Assembly: GCA_013265495.1 (NCBI GenBank)
Contig: MU058452.1
Location: forward strand, 186,001 to 250,000
DNA length: 64,000 bases
From: Vicugna vicugna
Lineage: Eukaryota
Direction of reading: 5' to 3'
Below, piece by piece: positions 39,100 to 51,988 of this stretch. Made by a program: the position numbers and the translations under genes. The notes below the pieces were generated by a model, which was not told the origin of the DNA, made no database searches, and was given only the letters and a program-made list of their open reading frames with translations. The stretch's first letter is position 1, and every line of letters starts with the position of its first letter.

Positions 39100-39480
39100 A
39101 GAAGAGGGCAGGGAATAAAGTTGCGTAACAACCCCTGATTTTCTCGAACACTCCAGCGCATTCCATGAAGGTGGGAAATGATGACACTCGCCTTTCAGGG
39201 GTGGGGGTGAGCACAGCCAGTCCCCGTGCAGAGCGTTCTAGCAGCGCTCTCCGGGTAATAGTGATTCGCGCTGTAGCATCACTGCCCTAGGAAACCATCC
39301 CGTAGGATCTCTTAAATCCCTTCCAGGACGCCTCTTCTGCGGAGGCGCATCTGTAAACCCCGACGCCTGTTCGCTGGTGGTTCTCCTCCCCGACCGATGC
39401 CACACGAAGAGAGGGCAGGCCCAGGGCACCACTGTTTTCTTTTGCCTCCCCTTTGACTGCTGAGCTCGAGTTCCATTGTA
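39100..39480. promoter_or_regulatory. CpG-rich non-repetitive patch, candidate enhancer or promoter
   Basis: Locally dense CpGs and a C/EBP/PAR-bZIP-type GTTGCGTAAC at 39120-39129. Function is inferred. Confidence 0.35.
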
Positions 39481-40264
39481 GCTGCCTTTAAAAACGACAA
39501 ATGTGTTCTAATTTTAGAGCGTCATAGCAATAATTGTTTTTATTTCGGTGGTGAGGAAAAGTGAAGGAAAAACAGCTTGGGACTTAATAACCACCTAGCC
39601 TGCAGCCATCGACTTTATTCATGAGATTTTTTATCTTCGCTCTCTCCGTGCACTCTTAGCATCTTCTTTAAGGCGCAGCCTTAAATTACCTTGCAAAGGT
39701 TATATGTTTATTTACAAAGAGCTGGCTATGAATGGGCCTTCCAAGGCAAGCAGGGTGGCTTCTGGCAGTAAACATCTTCCACTTAACCACACAGGCCAAG
39801 TGATTGAGGTGCTGTTTAGTACGTAAGACGTCGTGGACTTTACGGCTTCGTTAATTACCTGGCCTGTGCTGTGTGCAAGTCTCATGAAAGTAGGATGGGT
39901 ATTGATTCCCTGAGGTGTGCTGCTGGACAGTATTTTATTCTCACAGGGAAATTGCAATAATTATCCTTCAAGATAAGAGTTCTCATTTTTATATAACAGA
40001 GTAGAAATTCAGCCACATACGTGCAGTGTATACAATAGCATAGACCTATGCACTAATTATATATATGATATTCTGGAGAATCTCAACCCCACTCCAGCTC
40101 ACAGAGACATTTAAGAGAAATTTAAAAAAAAACTGATATAAACAGCTGGCTCACAAAATAAACATTTTTATTGTAGCCTCAAATATCTGGCCATTTCAAA
40201 AAACCTAGGCATATACTTTTTCTTTTTTGCTTATTTATTTATTTTTTGACACATGTTTTAAATG

Positions 40265-40359
40265 AATTTTTAAAATTTTAATGGAGGTACTGGGGATTGA
40301 ACCCAGGACCTCATGAATGCTAAGCACATACTCTACCACTGAACTTTTACCCTCTCCCC
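40265..40359 (-). mobile_element. tRNA-derived camelid SINE (vic-1-like, short form)
   Basis: ggaggtactggggattgaacccaggacc...ctctaccactgaac...ccctctcccc is the reverse complement of the SINE at 22762. Confidence 0.9.
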
Positions 40360-40390
40360 TGACATGTATTTTTAAATTCAAGATTTTTAA

Positions 40391-40590
40391 GCAATAAGTT
40401 TTCACTGTATAGCCTGTATAGCACAGGGAACTATATTCAATATCTTGTAGTAACCTATAATGAAAAAGAATATGAAAAGGAATATATCTGTATGTACATG
40501 TATGACTGAAACTTTACGCTGTACACAAGAAATTGATACAACATTTTAAACTGACTATACTTCCATAAAAAATTAAATTAAACCAAAAAT
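40391..40590 (+). mobile_element. Camelid-type LINE-1 3' end
   Basis: ctgtatagcacagggaactatattcaatatcttgtagtaacc...ctgactatacttc and an A-rich tail. Contains a 9-bp duplication of ctgtatagc at 40405-40422. Confidence 0.9.
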
Positions 40591-40914
40591 CTTTAGATAA
40601 GTGCTTGAGTTTATTTTGCTAAAAATAAAGGGAGAAAAATAGCCAATGATCTGGTTAGTTTTATCTTTATAAAGAGCCAAATGTAGAAAATAGAAAAATT
40701 CTGTTTTTTTTTTTTTGGTCAAAATGAGTCAACACATCACTAAAAAGTAATATTTTTATAATGTGAATTGTGTGTGCATGTGTGAAAATGGGAAAATAAG
40801 AAAAGTGAAACTCAGGGTCTGGATTTGGTTTACGTAAATAAATACTCGTGAAAATGGGCCACAACAGGATCAGGACTGGCCTGTCCCCTCGGCGCTGACC
40901 TTCCAAAATGATTT

Positions 40915-40928
40915 CCGCCCTCTGGGGG
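40915..40928 (-). promoter_or_regulatory. Candidate CTCF core motif
   Basis: Minus strand reads CCCCCAGAGGGCGG, close to the CCASYAGRKGGCRS consensus. Confidence 0.45.
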
Positions 40929-41089
40929 AAGCACACGTTCCCCACTAAGCGCTGAACTCGTGTTCCTTCTTATGTTCTCAAATGTGGATGGTTCTCTAGA
41001 CTGGCCGGCCCGACCTTCCCGATCACCCGTCTGTCTCCTGTGAATCATAATCACTCAGTGACATTTTTTGTTGGTACTTCCTGTGCGTG

Positions 41090-41230
41090 TACCTGCATAT
41101 TTTATTTCCCCAGTTATGCTGACAAGCTTTGGGAGAGCGGAAAAAGTATCTGTATTGTATTCCTGTTCAGCGTTTGGCTTTGATCTGCCTCCCCCAAGGA
41201 AGGTTCTCCATAAATACTGTTTGATTGACT
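41090..41230 (+). mobile_element. L2 3' end, degraded
   Basis: tttatttccccagttatgctgacaagctttgggagagc...ccataaatactgtttgattgact. Confidence 0.45.
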
Positions 41231-41249
41231 AGTATTAAGTCAGATCATG

Positions 41250-41306
41250 ATTACCACGTGCTCAGGGCAGCGTCTGGCACTTAGTAAGTGTTTAATAAAT
41301 GCTAGC
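41250..41306 (+). mobile_element. MIR 3' end
   Basis: cagcgtctggcacttagtaagtgtttaataaatgctagc. Confidence 0.7.
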
Positions 41307-41625
41307 AATTTAGTCAGCTAGTTAAGAAAGCAGAGGAAAAAGAAATACGGCAGTATCTTACTTGCTTAACCCACGTAAATGAGAATTTGATGGAAAGCCT
41401 TATTTGTCTTCTTTAAATAAAAGCATCACTTAGTCTTTCTCATGTATTTACTTTCTTAGGAAACTCTGAGTACTTCTTTACCTAGCGGAGATCTCAGCGA
41501 TCCATCCAGTTCTCTCTCGTGATCTCTGAGGACAGAGCGTACATTTTCCAGATTGCTGCCGAGAAGCCCATCGCTTCTGCCATCTCCCGCAGCTGTGCGT
41601 GGTGCTGGAGCGTTTCAGGGGGAGC

Positions 41626-41641
41626 CACCGCCCCCTGATGC
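41626..41641 (-). promoter_or_regulatory. Candidate CTCF core motif
   Basis: Minus strand reads GCATCAGGGGGCGGTG. Confidence 0.4.
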
Positions 41642-42309
41642 TTCCCAGCTGCAGGCGGCCCTGTCTGATGACTCTTTCTGAGACTTTTATGGCTCATCCC
41701 CTCACTTAGTGGGGTTCTGTTTAACTACACCTTCCTAATCACTGCAATGAGAAAAAAAACATCATTAGAACCTTTCAACTTATGTGAAAATCGGTAAAAT
41801 CCTGGCTCGTGCAATGCCTAAAATAAAATGCTAAGCTGACAGATTTTATTAAATTTTTTCTATGTGGATGGATCCTCCCCCCTCCAACTTAATTCTCAGT
41901 TCATGTAGGAGAAGCCTGCAAAGGGGCATGGCCAGGATGCCCTGAAGACAGTTACGATCGATGAAATGTTTTCCAGAAATGTTTGTAATGGGCCAGGTCT
42001 TCAGGAGACAACTGGAAAGAAAGTCGGTTGTCTTAGAACTCCAGGTCATGTTACACAGGTAAATCCTGCCTCAGCCTGTGTCTTTCTTTTTTTTTTTCAT
42101 AATTTAATGGAGACAAGTTTGCTTTTAAAAAAATTAATTGTGTTTTCTCCCTGCTTGATCTACTGTCTTTATCTAACAGATCATTTTGAGGTTATATCAG
42201 AGTTATTAATAAACCCCCTCATGAAACATTTGTTTTAGAAAAACAGAAAATAATTTTTATCACTGGATAAATGGGAAACTCCATTTCCCAGTCAATTATA
42301 GGCTTTTTA

Positions 42310-42862
42310 TTTTTTCTTTCTTATGTTTGGTTTATTTTTTTATTGAAATATAGTTGGTTTACAGTGTTGTGTGAATTTCTGGTATATCGCATAGTGATTC
42401 AGTTGTACATACATATATATATATTCCTTTTCATATTCTTTTTCATTATAGGCAATTTTAAGATATTAAGTATAGTTTCCTGTACGATACAGTAGTACTT
42501 TGTTGTTTATCTATTTTATGTACAGTAGTCAGTATCTGCATATCCCTACATCTGGGCTTGTATCTGGAAGAAATTCTAATGCAAAAAGACACCTGCACCC
42601 CAATGTTCACAGCAGCACTATATACAATAGCTAAGACATGGAAGCAACCTAAATGTCCATCAACAGATGACTGGATAAAGAAGATGTGGTCTATATACAC
42701 AATGAAATATTACTCAGCCATAACAAATAATAAAATAATGCCATTTGCAGCAACATGGATGGACCTGGAGATTATCGTACCAACTGAAGACAGTCAGACG
42801 GAGAAAGACACATATACATCAGTTATACATGAAATCTAAAAAAAAAAAAGACACAAATGAAC
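42310..42862 (-). mobile_element. 5'-inverted (twin-primed) LINE-1: 3' UTR on minus (42310-42544), ORF2 end on plus (42545-42862)
   Basis: T-rich tail plus antisense 3' UTR, then sense ORF2 C-terminus. TSD ttataggcttttta (42296-42309) and ttaaaggcttttta (42863-42876). Confidence 0.88.
42558..42839 (+). pseudogene. LINE-1 ORF2p C-terminal remnant (not a host gene)
   Basis: KDTCTPMFTAALYTIAKTWKQPKCPSTDDWIKKMWSIYTMKYYSA...MPFAATWMDLE is the characteristic L1 ORF2 C-terminus. Confidence 0.93.
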
Positions 42863-43459
42863 TTAAAGGCTTTTTAACTGATAAGAAAGAGCTAATCTAG
42901 CAACCCAATGGCTGTCTCCATGGCAGACAGAAGACTGTGCCTCGAAGTTCATTAGAGGGATTAAACCTTCCCAAAGAATGAAACATTTCAGGATGGTGAA
43001 ACAGAGAAATTGTGCCAGGAACTGAAGAGTGACAAGATATCATGAGGGAAGAATAGATTTCCTCTTGATGCCACCTGTCAAGTTACATTTGGTTTGTGCA
43101 AGTTGCACACAGAGTAAATTTAGAGGACATTACACATACATGAACTTACGTGCCTCATGCTTCCTAGAGATGTGCAGTGCACAACCCTCAAGTTTTCTTC
43201 ATCTTCTTTCACTAATCTGAAAATGACCATGAGGATCCTGGGAAGACGATGAAAGAGCCTGGGACTGAGCAGAGCCTTTAAAAAGTGATTTCCCTTCATG
43301 CAATACCTACATGACAGGTGTCAGACATCAAAGTGAGGACCTGGCAATGCGCATGACGTGGGCAGGGATGCTCAGAGTTCTTCAGATCCAGACATTCCTG
43401 GGACTCAAGCCCTCAGAGGGTATAAAAGTGGGAAAGCGTAAGAACGTGTGAGAACTCTC

Positions 43460-43825
43460 TTAGTTAAGGTGATGATGGCTGCTACAAACAATGATTTTCT
43501 CATCTGTCAGTGGCTTAATACCATATTTATTTCTAGATCACGTAAACTGCAAGGTGGTGTCCTCTAAGAAATCGGTCAGCGGCTCAGGTTTTTTCCACCT
43601 TGTGGCTCCAGCTTTGTCAGCACGTGACTACCCCAGCTTCTGCAGGAGGGGAAAAGATCCTGAAGATGGTTGCTGAGCGCTTTTGCCCAACCCTGCCTGG
43701 CAGGGGGGTGCACATCACCGAGCTGATGTTCCTCTGATGTTATCGCAGCCGTATGTCCACACCCACCTTCAAGGGAGGTAGAGAAACGGAGATGAGCTGG
43801 AGGAAGAACTCAGTCTTCTCCATAG
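43460..43825 (-). mobile_element. MaLR LTR (MLT1J-like)
   Basis: tagttaagg...gctgctacaaaca...cagtggcttaa...tttatttct; ttccaccttgtggctcc; cacatcac...; cacccaccttcaagggagg. Confidence 0.7.
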
Positions 43826-44618
43826 TCTTATCAAAACAACCTGGATTTCATTTTTTTTTATGCCAGTAGAAGATCACACCAGTGTCATCCCCAGATTGGG
43901 TCTTCTGGATTCAGAAACCAAACTGCATTCACACAGGAATCTTTGCTTCTTCTCAAATGACTAGAAAATAAAAATAGCGAAGGAGGGAGAGGTCACTGAT
44001 ACACAGGTGCACACTGTGCACACATACATACACACATAGTTTAAACCTAACAGGGGATCTGCTGTTTCAAAATTAAATAGTTTAAAATTGCAGTATTTGT
44101 ATCTATTTTGAGTATTTACTCCTTTAGGCAATTTAGAATTTGTGATTCTACTTCTTTCATGGGAGATTCATCTATTTTAAAGAATTTTGGTTTGTTTTTC
44201 AGTCAGACCGTAAGAAAGAATTCTATTGTACCGGCATTTCTGATTCCTGATCCAGTTGGAATTTAAGGGAAAAATCCATTGGATTCTCTGTCACTCCTTT
44301 AATTCTTTTAAAAACCACACTGGGGATAAAGAGCATGTGAGCTACCTCTCAGTTGTCTTCTCCCTGTGTGCAAAGAATTTCTTTTGCTTTTTGTTTACAT
44401 TCGTTTACTAGTAACTAAAACTCTTTTCTACCTCATTGGACTCACCACATTAAATCTAATACTCTGAAAATACACACAGCTTTACAGAAGCATATCTGAC
44501 AGCCTCTCTGTTCTGCCCACACTTCATTTACATCTTCCATTTGAAATACCAGCAAAGGAATCCTTGCCAGGAAACAGTAAATCTGATATATTTAGCCAGA
44601 GGGCCTTTTAATCAATCA

Positions 44619-44745
44619 CCCTTCCTTCCCTCCCTCCTCTCTGTTTCTTTCCTTCTTTCCTTCTTTCTCTCTTTCTCTCTTTTTCCTTCCTTTCCTAGCT
44701 CCCTCTCCCTCCCTCCCTTCTCTCTCTTTTGTCTCCCTCCTCTCA
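44619..44745. repeat. CT-rich polypyrimidine simple repeat
   Basis: Directly visible. Confidence 0.9.
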
Positions 44746-45844
44746 CTTGCTCTGGATTTGAACTTGAGATCTTGGGAAGCTAAGTATCCTGCTTAAGGGC
44801 TGTTTTTAAATTATTATTTATATCTTAAGCTTAAGACAGATCCGCGTGCACGACACTCTGTCAGCCACATTATGTCACCACATGTGGTTCCTTCCTCAGT
44901 CGCTGTGCCCACCAGGTTAATGGCCTTTTCCTCATGGTGACATGCTTTTCTCTCTCCTAGTTTTGCATACCATTTCTCCCAAGGTCAGCTTTGACTATTT
45001 TATTTAAATTCCACATTTTCCCCTTATCCTTTTCAGGAATTTTCTCAAAGAAATACAATTTCCTAAGAGTTAAAGAACTTGTCTTTATGCGCCCAGTTTA
45101 AATGCCTTCCCCACACCTTGGAAAGCTTTACACCTTAATAGCACTTAAATATGTTGTGCACTTAATTAAAGGTGGTGTTTGCTGTCATTTCTGTAAGTCA
45201 TCAAGCAACAGGCTCTCAGACACAGAACCCCCCATTATGGCATTGCTTCAATGGGAAAATCAGATTCTCCTTACATCGTTGGAGAATTACAATGCCTTTT
45301 CCAGGAACATAACTCATGGTAAATACAAGAGCCGCTTGTAAACTAAGGGAGCTGCTCCTTCCTTCTCAGCAGTGAAGGGTAAAGCTTTGGGCACAGTTCT
45401 TGGGGAACAACTGCTGATGCCTCCTGTTGGAAGGTGGTCTGTTAAGCAGGTTCCCGGCCACTCTGAAGAGATGCTGCTGGAGAAACTGCATTCTTCTTGC
45501 TCTGCCTCTTTGTGGTCTGATGCTGGATTGGTCCTTCTGAAAAGTATTGTACTAATACCATTTACACATGTCCTGGCTGTATAGTAATTTCAAGTGTCAG
45601 CCAAGCACAAGTTGGGTGTGAACCTTCTGGGGACTGATAAATTCTAGAATAACTCTGTGACTGTAGACTTATCTTTTGGCTCAGTTCAGTTTGAAAGGCA
45701 TGGACGGTGCTCCATTTCTGTTCTGAAAATACTCCCAAGACCAGCTCCAGTCTCAAGTGATTATGGACGGCCAAGCCAATTATGAAGTTGTGATCTGCTT
45801 CCTCTGAGGCATATTGGGGTAAAAATCTTGACCTCTTCTCGTCA

Positions 45845-46020
45845 ATATGTACTAAGATTCAAGGATCTAAGAGCCAATAAGACAGTTTCTGCTCTCAACC
45901 AGCTCATATACCTAAATGGAACTTATGAAAAGGGAGGAAGACAAAGGCAACAATATTACAGTAGAATGAGAAAATGGTGTAAGGAAGACTATGTAGAGCG
46001 TAGTTCAGAAGGTTCACTGG
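45845..46020 (-). mobile_element. L2 fragment
   Basis: aataagacagtttctgctctcaaccagctcatat. Confidence 0.5.
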
Positions 46021-46439
46021 AGATAGCCCCTGGATGAAGAAAACAGACCCTATCCTCACCGCCCTGTACCTCTAGATCACTCAAAAGAAAATGCAAGCTG
46101 TAGGGTAGAAATAAATATTTACCCCATTACACTGGATTGTGAAAATGTATCCGGTGTGTGGGTATGACTTAGGCGTATAACTTCATCTTAACTCCATGAA
46201 TTACCAGGAAGCTGTTCTTCATCCAACCACAAGTAGAAGTTAGCTCAGCAGATGAACACGTAGTGTTCACACCCACGTGCGTACATACCCAGTCCACGGC
46301 TGAACCTGGGAGATCTCTTCCTACATCTTTTTAACCTAGACAGTGTTTGTTACAGCCTAGTTTTACGCAACTTAAAAGGGTGAATGCTTTTTGAACTTTA
46401 GGATCCGTTTCCATCCAACCATCTGAAATAAATCCTCTC

Positions 46440-46570
46440 CTGATGTTCATTCAGTCTCCAAGGGCTCCTGTATTAGTGGATGTCACATTTTGTACTTGGC
46501 ACTGCGTCTTGACATATGTGGGGACTCCGTTGGGTCGTTGATGAAGGAAGGAAAGGTGAGCGAATGCATT
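46440..46570 (+). mobile_element. L2 3' end, degraded
   Basis: aagggctcctg...ttttgtacttggcac...tgacatatgtgggga...gttgatgaa. Confidence 0.4.
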
Positions 46571-48315
46571 CACCAGCACCGAATTTCCCGGTTCTCGTCT
46601 CTGCAAGGACTTATCAGCTCCTCCTTTGCCCCACTGAGTCTGTGACTCCCTGTCCTAGCTAGTAATTTTTCATTCAAGGTCATGGGCAAGCTGTCTAGTG
46701 TTTGAAAACAGATTTGGCATAATTTTCCTTTCCCCTCTTTGCCAAAATCTCAAGGAGGAAAAGAAGAACTTAAATATGACAATGAGCCCTTTGTATACAC
46801 CCCTGGTCTCCCTGGGCTATGTTTGGGTGCCTCCCCCTTCTGAGTGGAAAGACACTTAAAGATCGCATGTGAGTCTTTTATATGGATGAGGACCATCTGT
46901 TTTCACCTGAATGGTTCAATGTGTTCCTTAAGAATCATGTTTACAGAATTAATTTGGTTATAAATATGAGAACAAATTTAGGCTACAAATTTAACTCAGC
47001 TTTTCCCTAAGGCAAGCTAATTCATAAAATCTGAAATATTGTTTTGGCCATGAAGTAATGTTTCCTCTAACTTAATAAGTCAATGGAAGGAGAAAACGTA
47101 ATAAAGCTCAAATCCCCAGCAGCTAAAAAGTTAACACCTTCGTGGTGAAGAGCCAAAATAAGAAAGAATTGGCTGTGGCCAGCAGGCAAAAGGTCCCAAA
47201 CCTGTTAAACCTCTTTCTTAGAGTGGTAACACTTTTCTTTCAAGTTATTCAACCTTTCGCCCAATAGGTTTCTTTCCCTGACCTTTGAACCATAGTTATT
47301 TGTTTAGCATTGTGGTAATAGAGTTTGGAAATCTGAAAAACATTAAGTTAAATGCAAGGGTGTTGAGAAGGTGGAATTCTTTAAGTGAGCTGAAGAAATT
47401 CTATCTGGAAGATTTAAACTTTTTTTTTCCACACAGGAGTGGGGGTAAAGAAAAATAGTGTGAGTCTTTGGAAATATTACCAACTTTTTTTTTCTTTTGA
47501 GTAAAGGAAGAGAAACAATGTTATTGATGTCATGAATGTGAGAAGAAAAGTAATGTTCTCTTTAGCAGCCAAGTTTTTAAAAAATTATTATAAAAGTTAA
47601 AATGTAACAGGCCAATCCAAATTTTAATTGAAATTGGATATATTGCCAGTAACTACCAAATCTGAAAAATATAAGTTAGTATTCATGTGATTGTAATGTC
47701 TAATCTGCAAGATTGCTAAATGAGGAAGGCACACGATTCCTACAAAAGTTTTTCTTTCTCTTCCTGTGTTTAGTTTAATGAATTTGCATTGCTCCTCCTT
47801 CAAATGTATTAATTAGATAAAAATTAGGATCTGATAATGAAACTCCTTTGAAATAACAGCGTGTGAGACTTTTGTATGTGTTTTATAATATTTTAATTTA
47901 GTAATGTTAAAAGTCCATGTTGATTACCCCAAAATACTGTGATTAAAAAGTGTAAAACTTAAGTTAATCACAGCAACTTTTTCTTTACAATAATTATCAT
48001 CATTTAGAATATTGCCCTTCCACTCACATTTTTAGCTCCATTTTACTGTGGCATTTCTTTCGTGGAAGAGTTTTGGTGCTAAGACTTTTCTGGATTATTC
48101 TTAATAATTTGAATTTCACATCTACACGACAAGAGAGGAGCTTCTAATTTTTTAGCCTGGCCACGGGGATTGACAACAATGGTTACAACTGATGAGTATG
48201 TGATAATCTTGTGTAAAAGAAGTAAAATAAAATATTACAATACCTCTAGTGATATCTTTAGATTCAGTTTTTTGAGGGGGGAATAATCTGATATCTATCT
48301 ACCTGTGTTTTTTGC

Positions 48316-48450
48316 CATTCATTTACTTATTTAGTCAAAAAAAATTATTGAGCATGTATTTTATGACTGGTACTATGCAATGCACTAGAGATAAATACAG
48401 AAAGACAAATCGCAGAAAATTCTCGTTTAAGGCACTGAAGACCTTGGTTA
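48316..48450 (-). mobile_element. L2 3' end
   Basis: cattcatttacttatttagtc...ttattgagcatgtattttatg..tggtactatgcaatgcactagagata. Confidence 0.7.
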
Positions 48451-48504
48451 AGTATGAAATCAGGTAGATTAGAAAATTAGGCACGCTAGGTAGTTTTGGG
48501 TCCA

Positions 48505-48620
48505 TATATATAATAAGGTGGCAAAAACACTAGACCAGAAGCAATGAATCCGGGGTTCTAGGCCAATGTTTTATCCTCAGTTTTGTCAATAACTATGCTG
48601 TGAAATACCTAGGCTGGGTC
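48505..48620 (+). mobile_element. MIR 5' fragment
   Basis: ggtggcaaaaacactagaccagaagc...ccggggttctagg. Confidence 0.45.
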
Positions 48621-48824
48621 TCTTTACTTCCCACCCTCCCACCGTCCACCCCAGAGCCCTAGCTCTGAAAGGACCCTGGGGACACAAAGACATCTGGGCA
48701 CTCCCAGGCACTGCCATTCACTTCCTTACAGTCCCACAGTGCCATCTGCGACCCTCCGATACAATACGGAGCATCCTGCCTAGATGCTTGTTTAGGTTAT
48801 CATTTTTCTCCAATACTCCTCTCT

Positions 48825-48900
48825 CCTCCCTTTCCCCAGTTCCCAATGCCATGCCTGGAATGTAGTCTGTACCAATAAATGCTTCAATAAATGAATGAAA
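48825..48900 (+). mobile_element. L2 3' terminus
   Basis: ccccagt...atgcctggaatgtag...caataaatgct..aataaatgaatgaa. Confidence 0.65.
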
Positions 48901-51900
48901 GCTCCAGCTGTAATAGAAAAGGACTGTGGAAATGGAAACAGTATGAATCTGGCAGCAATTATAATCCTTCCCCAAAATATGCATTATGTATTTTCCACAT
49001 TTTATTCCATAGTAGAAGTCTTCTGTGTTGGTGGCATTTATTAAGGAAGGCAGCTTTCGCCTGCCCTATGGGAGTGTAAGTCTGTTAGAGTATGTTGTAC
49101 AGATGGTTGCCGGACACGTCAAAAGTCAGAAGAACTAACACAATCCCACCCAGTCCCCAGTGGCACATTCAAGAGTCCATGTCTCCTTCCCAGGTCCCCA
49201 CTCTACAGTTGATTCATTGACACGTGACGTCAGTTGTCTTCAGGACAACAAATAATCTGAAACTTGTTTGATCCTCTGGATAGAACTCCCAGATCATTAT
49301 GCCCACTGACATTAAACATCTAGTTCTTTTCGGGTATCGATTACATTGCTGTTTCTCCACACAGAATTAGCTTAGCCATTTTCACAAATCCCTCCGGTGA
49401 GTTTGGTCAAACAACCAGATAAGTCACCTAAGATTTTAATTTGTCTGGTGTGCTTTACATAATGTGTGCCCTGTAAATATTTGTTGAGTTAGTGTTTTTA
49501 TTGAGTTAATGAATTTGAATAAACGAGTAAGTCTCTGAATATGACAAATTCCATGAGGAGGAGTGAGTGGGTTGTCAACAGGTTGTCTTTGAAGAAGAGC
49601 ATCCATGCATGAGCAAGGGGCAAATGGTCACATGTCACACAAATGCACCTGTCAATTTCACAACTCATCAATACAGATATTAATAAAAATACAGAATCAG
49701 AACCCGCCAGCATTTCTGAAGTGTATGCAGGACTTACAAAGACCTTTGTCGGCACTAAGAAGATACATTTTCAAGTTTTCGTTTGTCTTATGAGCTTCTT
49801 TTTGAGTTGAACTCTTGTAGGCGTGATAGAATAGAGAAACAGATTTTTATGAATGCCACGCCAACTTCAGGAGTTAATGTTGTTGAAAAGGAAGCCAATG
49901 CTGTATATTCTGGTGCTTGTCAGTCACCGTAATCTGTACAAGGGAGCTTCTCAATATAGCATATTGACTGACTGCAAAGTTTTTATGTATTTCTGTATTT
50001 CTGCTTGAGGAAAAAAATACATACACAGGTAGATAGAGTTGTCGAGTGAATTCTCTTTGTTGCTATTGGAAAACAACATTACTAACCAAGGTATTTCTTA
50101 TACTTTCTGTTCAATTAGGGAGCAAAGTCCAATAGCTTGACGTGTTTGCTGTACTAGAGTGATGTTCAGAATTTAAACGCTACCATGTTACTTTAGTAAA
50201 GGGCATGCGCGATTCTATTTATGGATTTATTGGGGGTAAATTAAGTGCAAGTGTGGATTTTCCTTCTTAGATGGAAAAAAAAAGTCCATCCTAAGCTTTA
50301 AAGAACCATCTGTCTATCCCCTTTCCTCATGGGGTTTTAAAAATGTAGTACCAAGAAATTTCATTGATCCTATTTCGCATCTCCAAGGATTTGTTTCTCC
50401 ATGTCCTTTCCCAAGTATTTGCCATTTCCCATGAAGCCACATCCAACTTTTTAGTACATTGTGTCCCTTTCTTGCTTAATCCTGCCATGAATCTAGAACT
50501 ATTATTAGCCATAGTTAGGTTTCCTTCTAGTGACTAAGGCTGTATTTCTCCCCATAAATCAGCATCTCTATAGAATATGGCCAAGATTATATCAAAGGAT
50601 TCTCCAGCTCACTGATCTTTGGAAGGTTAGATCTCAGTTGTAATTTTTTAAAGTGTTTAGTTGTAGTCTCAAACAGAATTATGACCTCTTCACAGAAACC
50701 TGCGACTTTCCTTATCTCCTAATATTTTCACCCTCACTTTATTTTCATGAGTGTGTAGTTTCAGAGACCCTCTTTGTTCCCTACATATCTCTTACCAATA
50801 TTTACTTTGTCATTGATTCCTATCAAAAATACCTTGGTAACTCGTTTTCATTTGTCACACGGTTTTCTTCTTGCCAAGATGGCTTGGATTTGAATCTGCA
50901 TGCTGGCTCTAATGTTCAGACTGATCTCTTAATTGAATCCACAAAACGTCTACCTTCTCTAAGCGATTCTCTGCACAGCTACCTAAAATACAGCTCAGAA
51001 ACTCTCATTTTTTCCCAGGCATGATTTGAGAAATCTTTTGGATCCCACAACAAATAGAATAAAAGCCACATCTTACCTCTCGACTTCCCAATGCCGTTCG
51101 ACTTTACAGGTGCCTCCAGCTGTACCACATCCTTCTCTTTATCCCTCACCCAGCACCCAGGTATGTTTCTTCTCCTCCCGTGTGGATAGAGCCTGCACCA
51201 GGACTGAGAGCTGGAGGTGGACATCAGTCTCCATCCCCCTTACACAGAAGGCTGTTTCAAGAGGAAGCTCAAGTATATAGGAAAGAGTAAAGGCTTGGGG
51301 ATCAGACAAACCTGGGGAGGAGTCCTACTGCCCATCAGTTCAATCTGTGTCGGTTCAGATTCTTTAACTGGAGATAATTCAACCTCTGACATGAAATAAA
51401 TGCCCATGTGAGAGTATATTCTGGAAGAAAGGGAGAATTTATCAATGAGTATTCTTTGTATAATGATCAGGTTGGGGGGAAGAAAAACAGTTCCCAGTTC
51501 TGTTATTGACCCAGACGTAGCGGCATGAGCAGCTGTGTTCAGTGGGCTGGGTCTGGTGGCTGTTAAGGCAGGTGCTGCCGAGAGGGTCTCAGCTCTAGTC
51601 TGCTGCCCTAAAGGCTCCTGACTAACAAGAGTCTTGGCTTTGGGGGTGGGGTTCCTATGCCCTGCAAATTGTTTTCACTTCCAAATATCTTCTCATTAGC
51701 TTTTTTTTTTTTTTCCTTCTAAATAACATCTCACTTCAGATTTGCTCAAAAGAGCAGATCAAAGGAAGTGTGTGAACTTTGGCCAGGGTATAAGGCCAAA
51801 GAAGGACAGGCAGTGACAACGTGAAATGTGTTTTCCAAAGCGATTTTGTCAGGGCTGGAGACTTGTGAAAAAAGATCATGCCCATCCTTTTATTTCTTTT

Positions 51901-51988
51901 CCATTCATTAAAGTCTGCTGCAACCTGAAAAGAGACTAGCTAAAAATAGAAACAGGATAACATTTTCTTTTAATCCTTTCTATGAATA

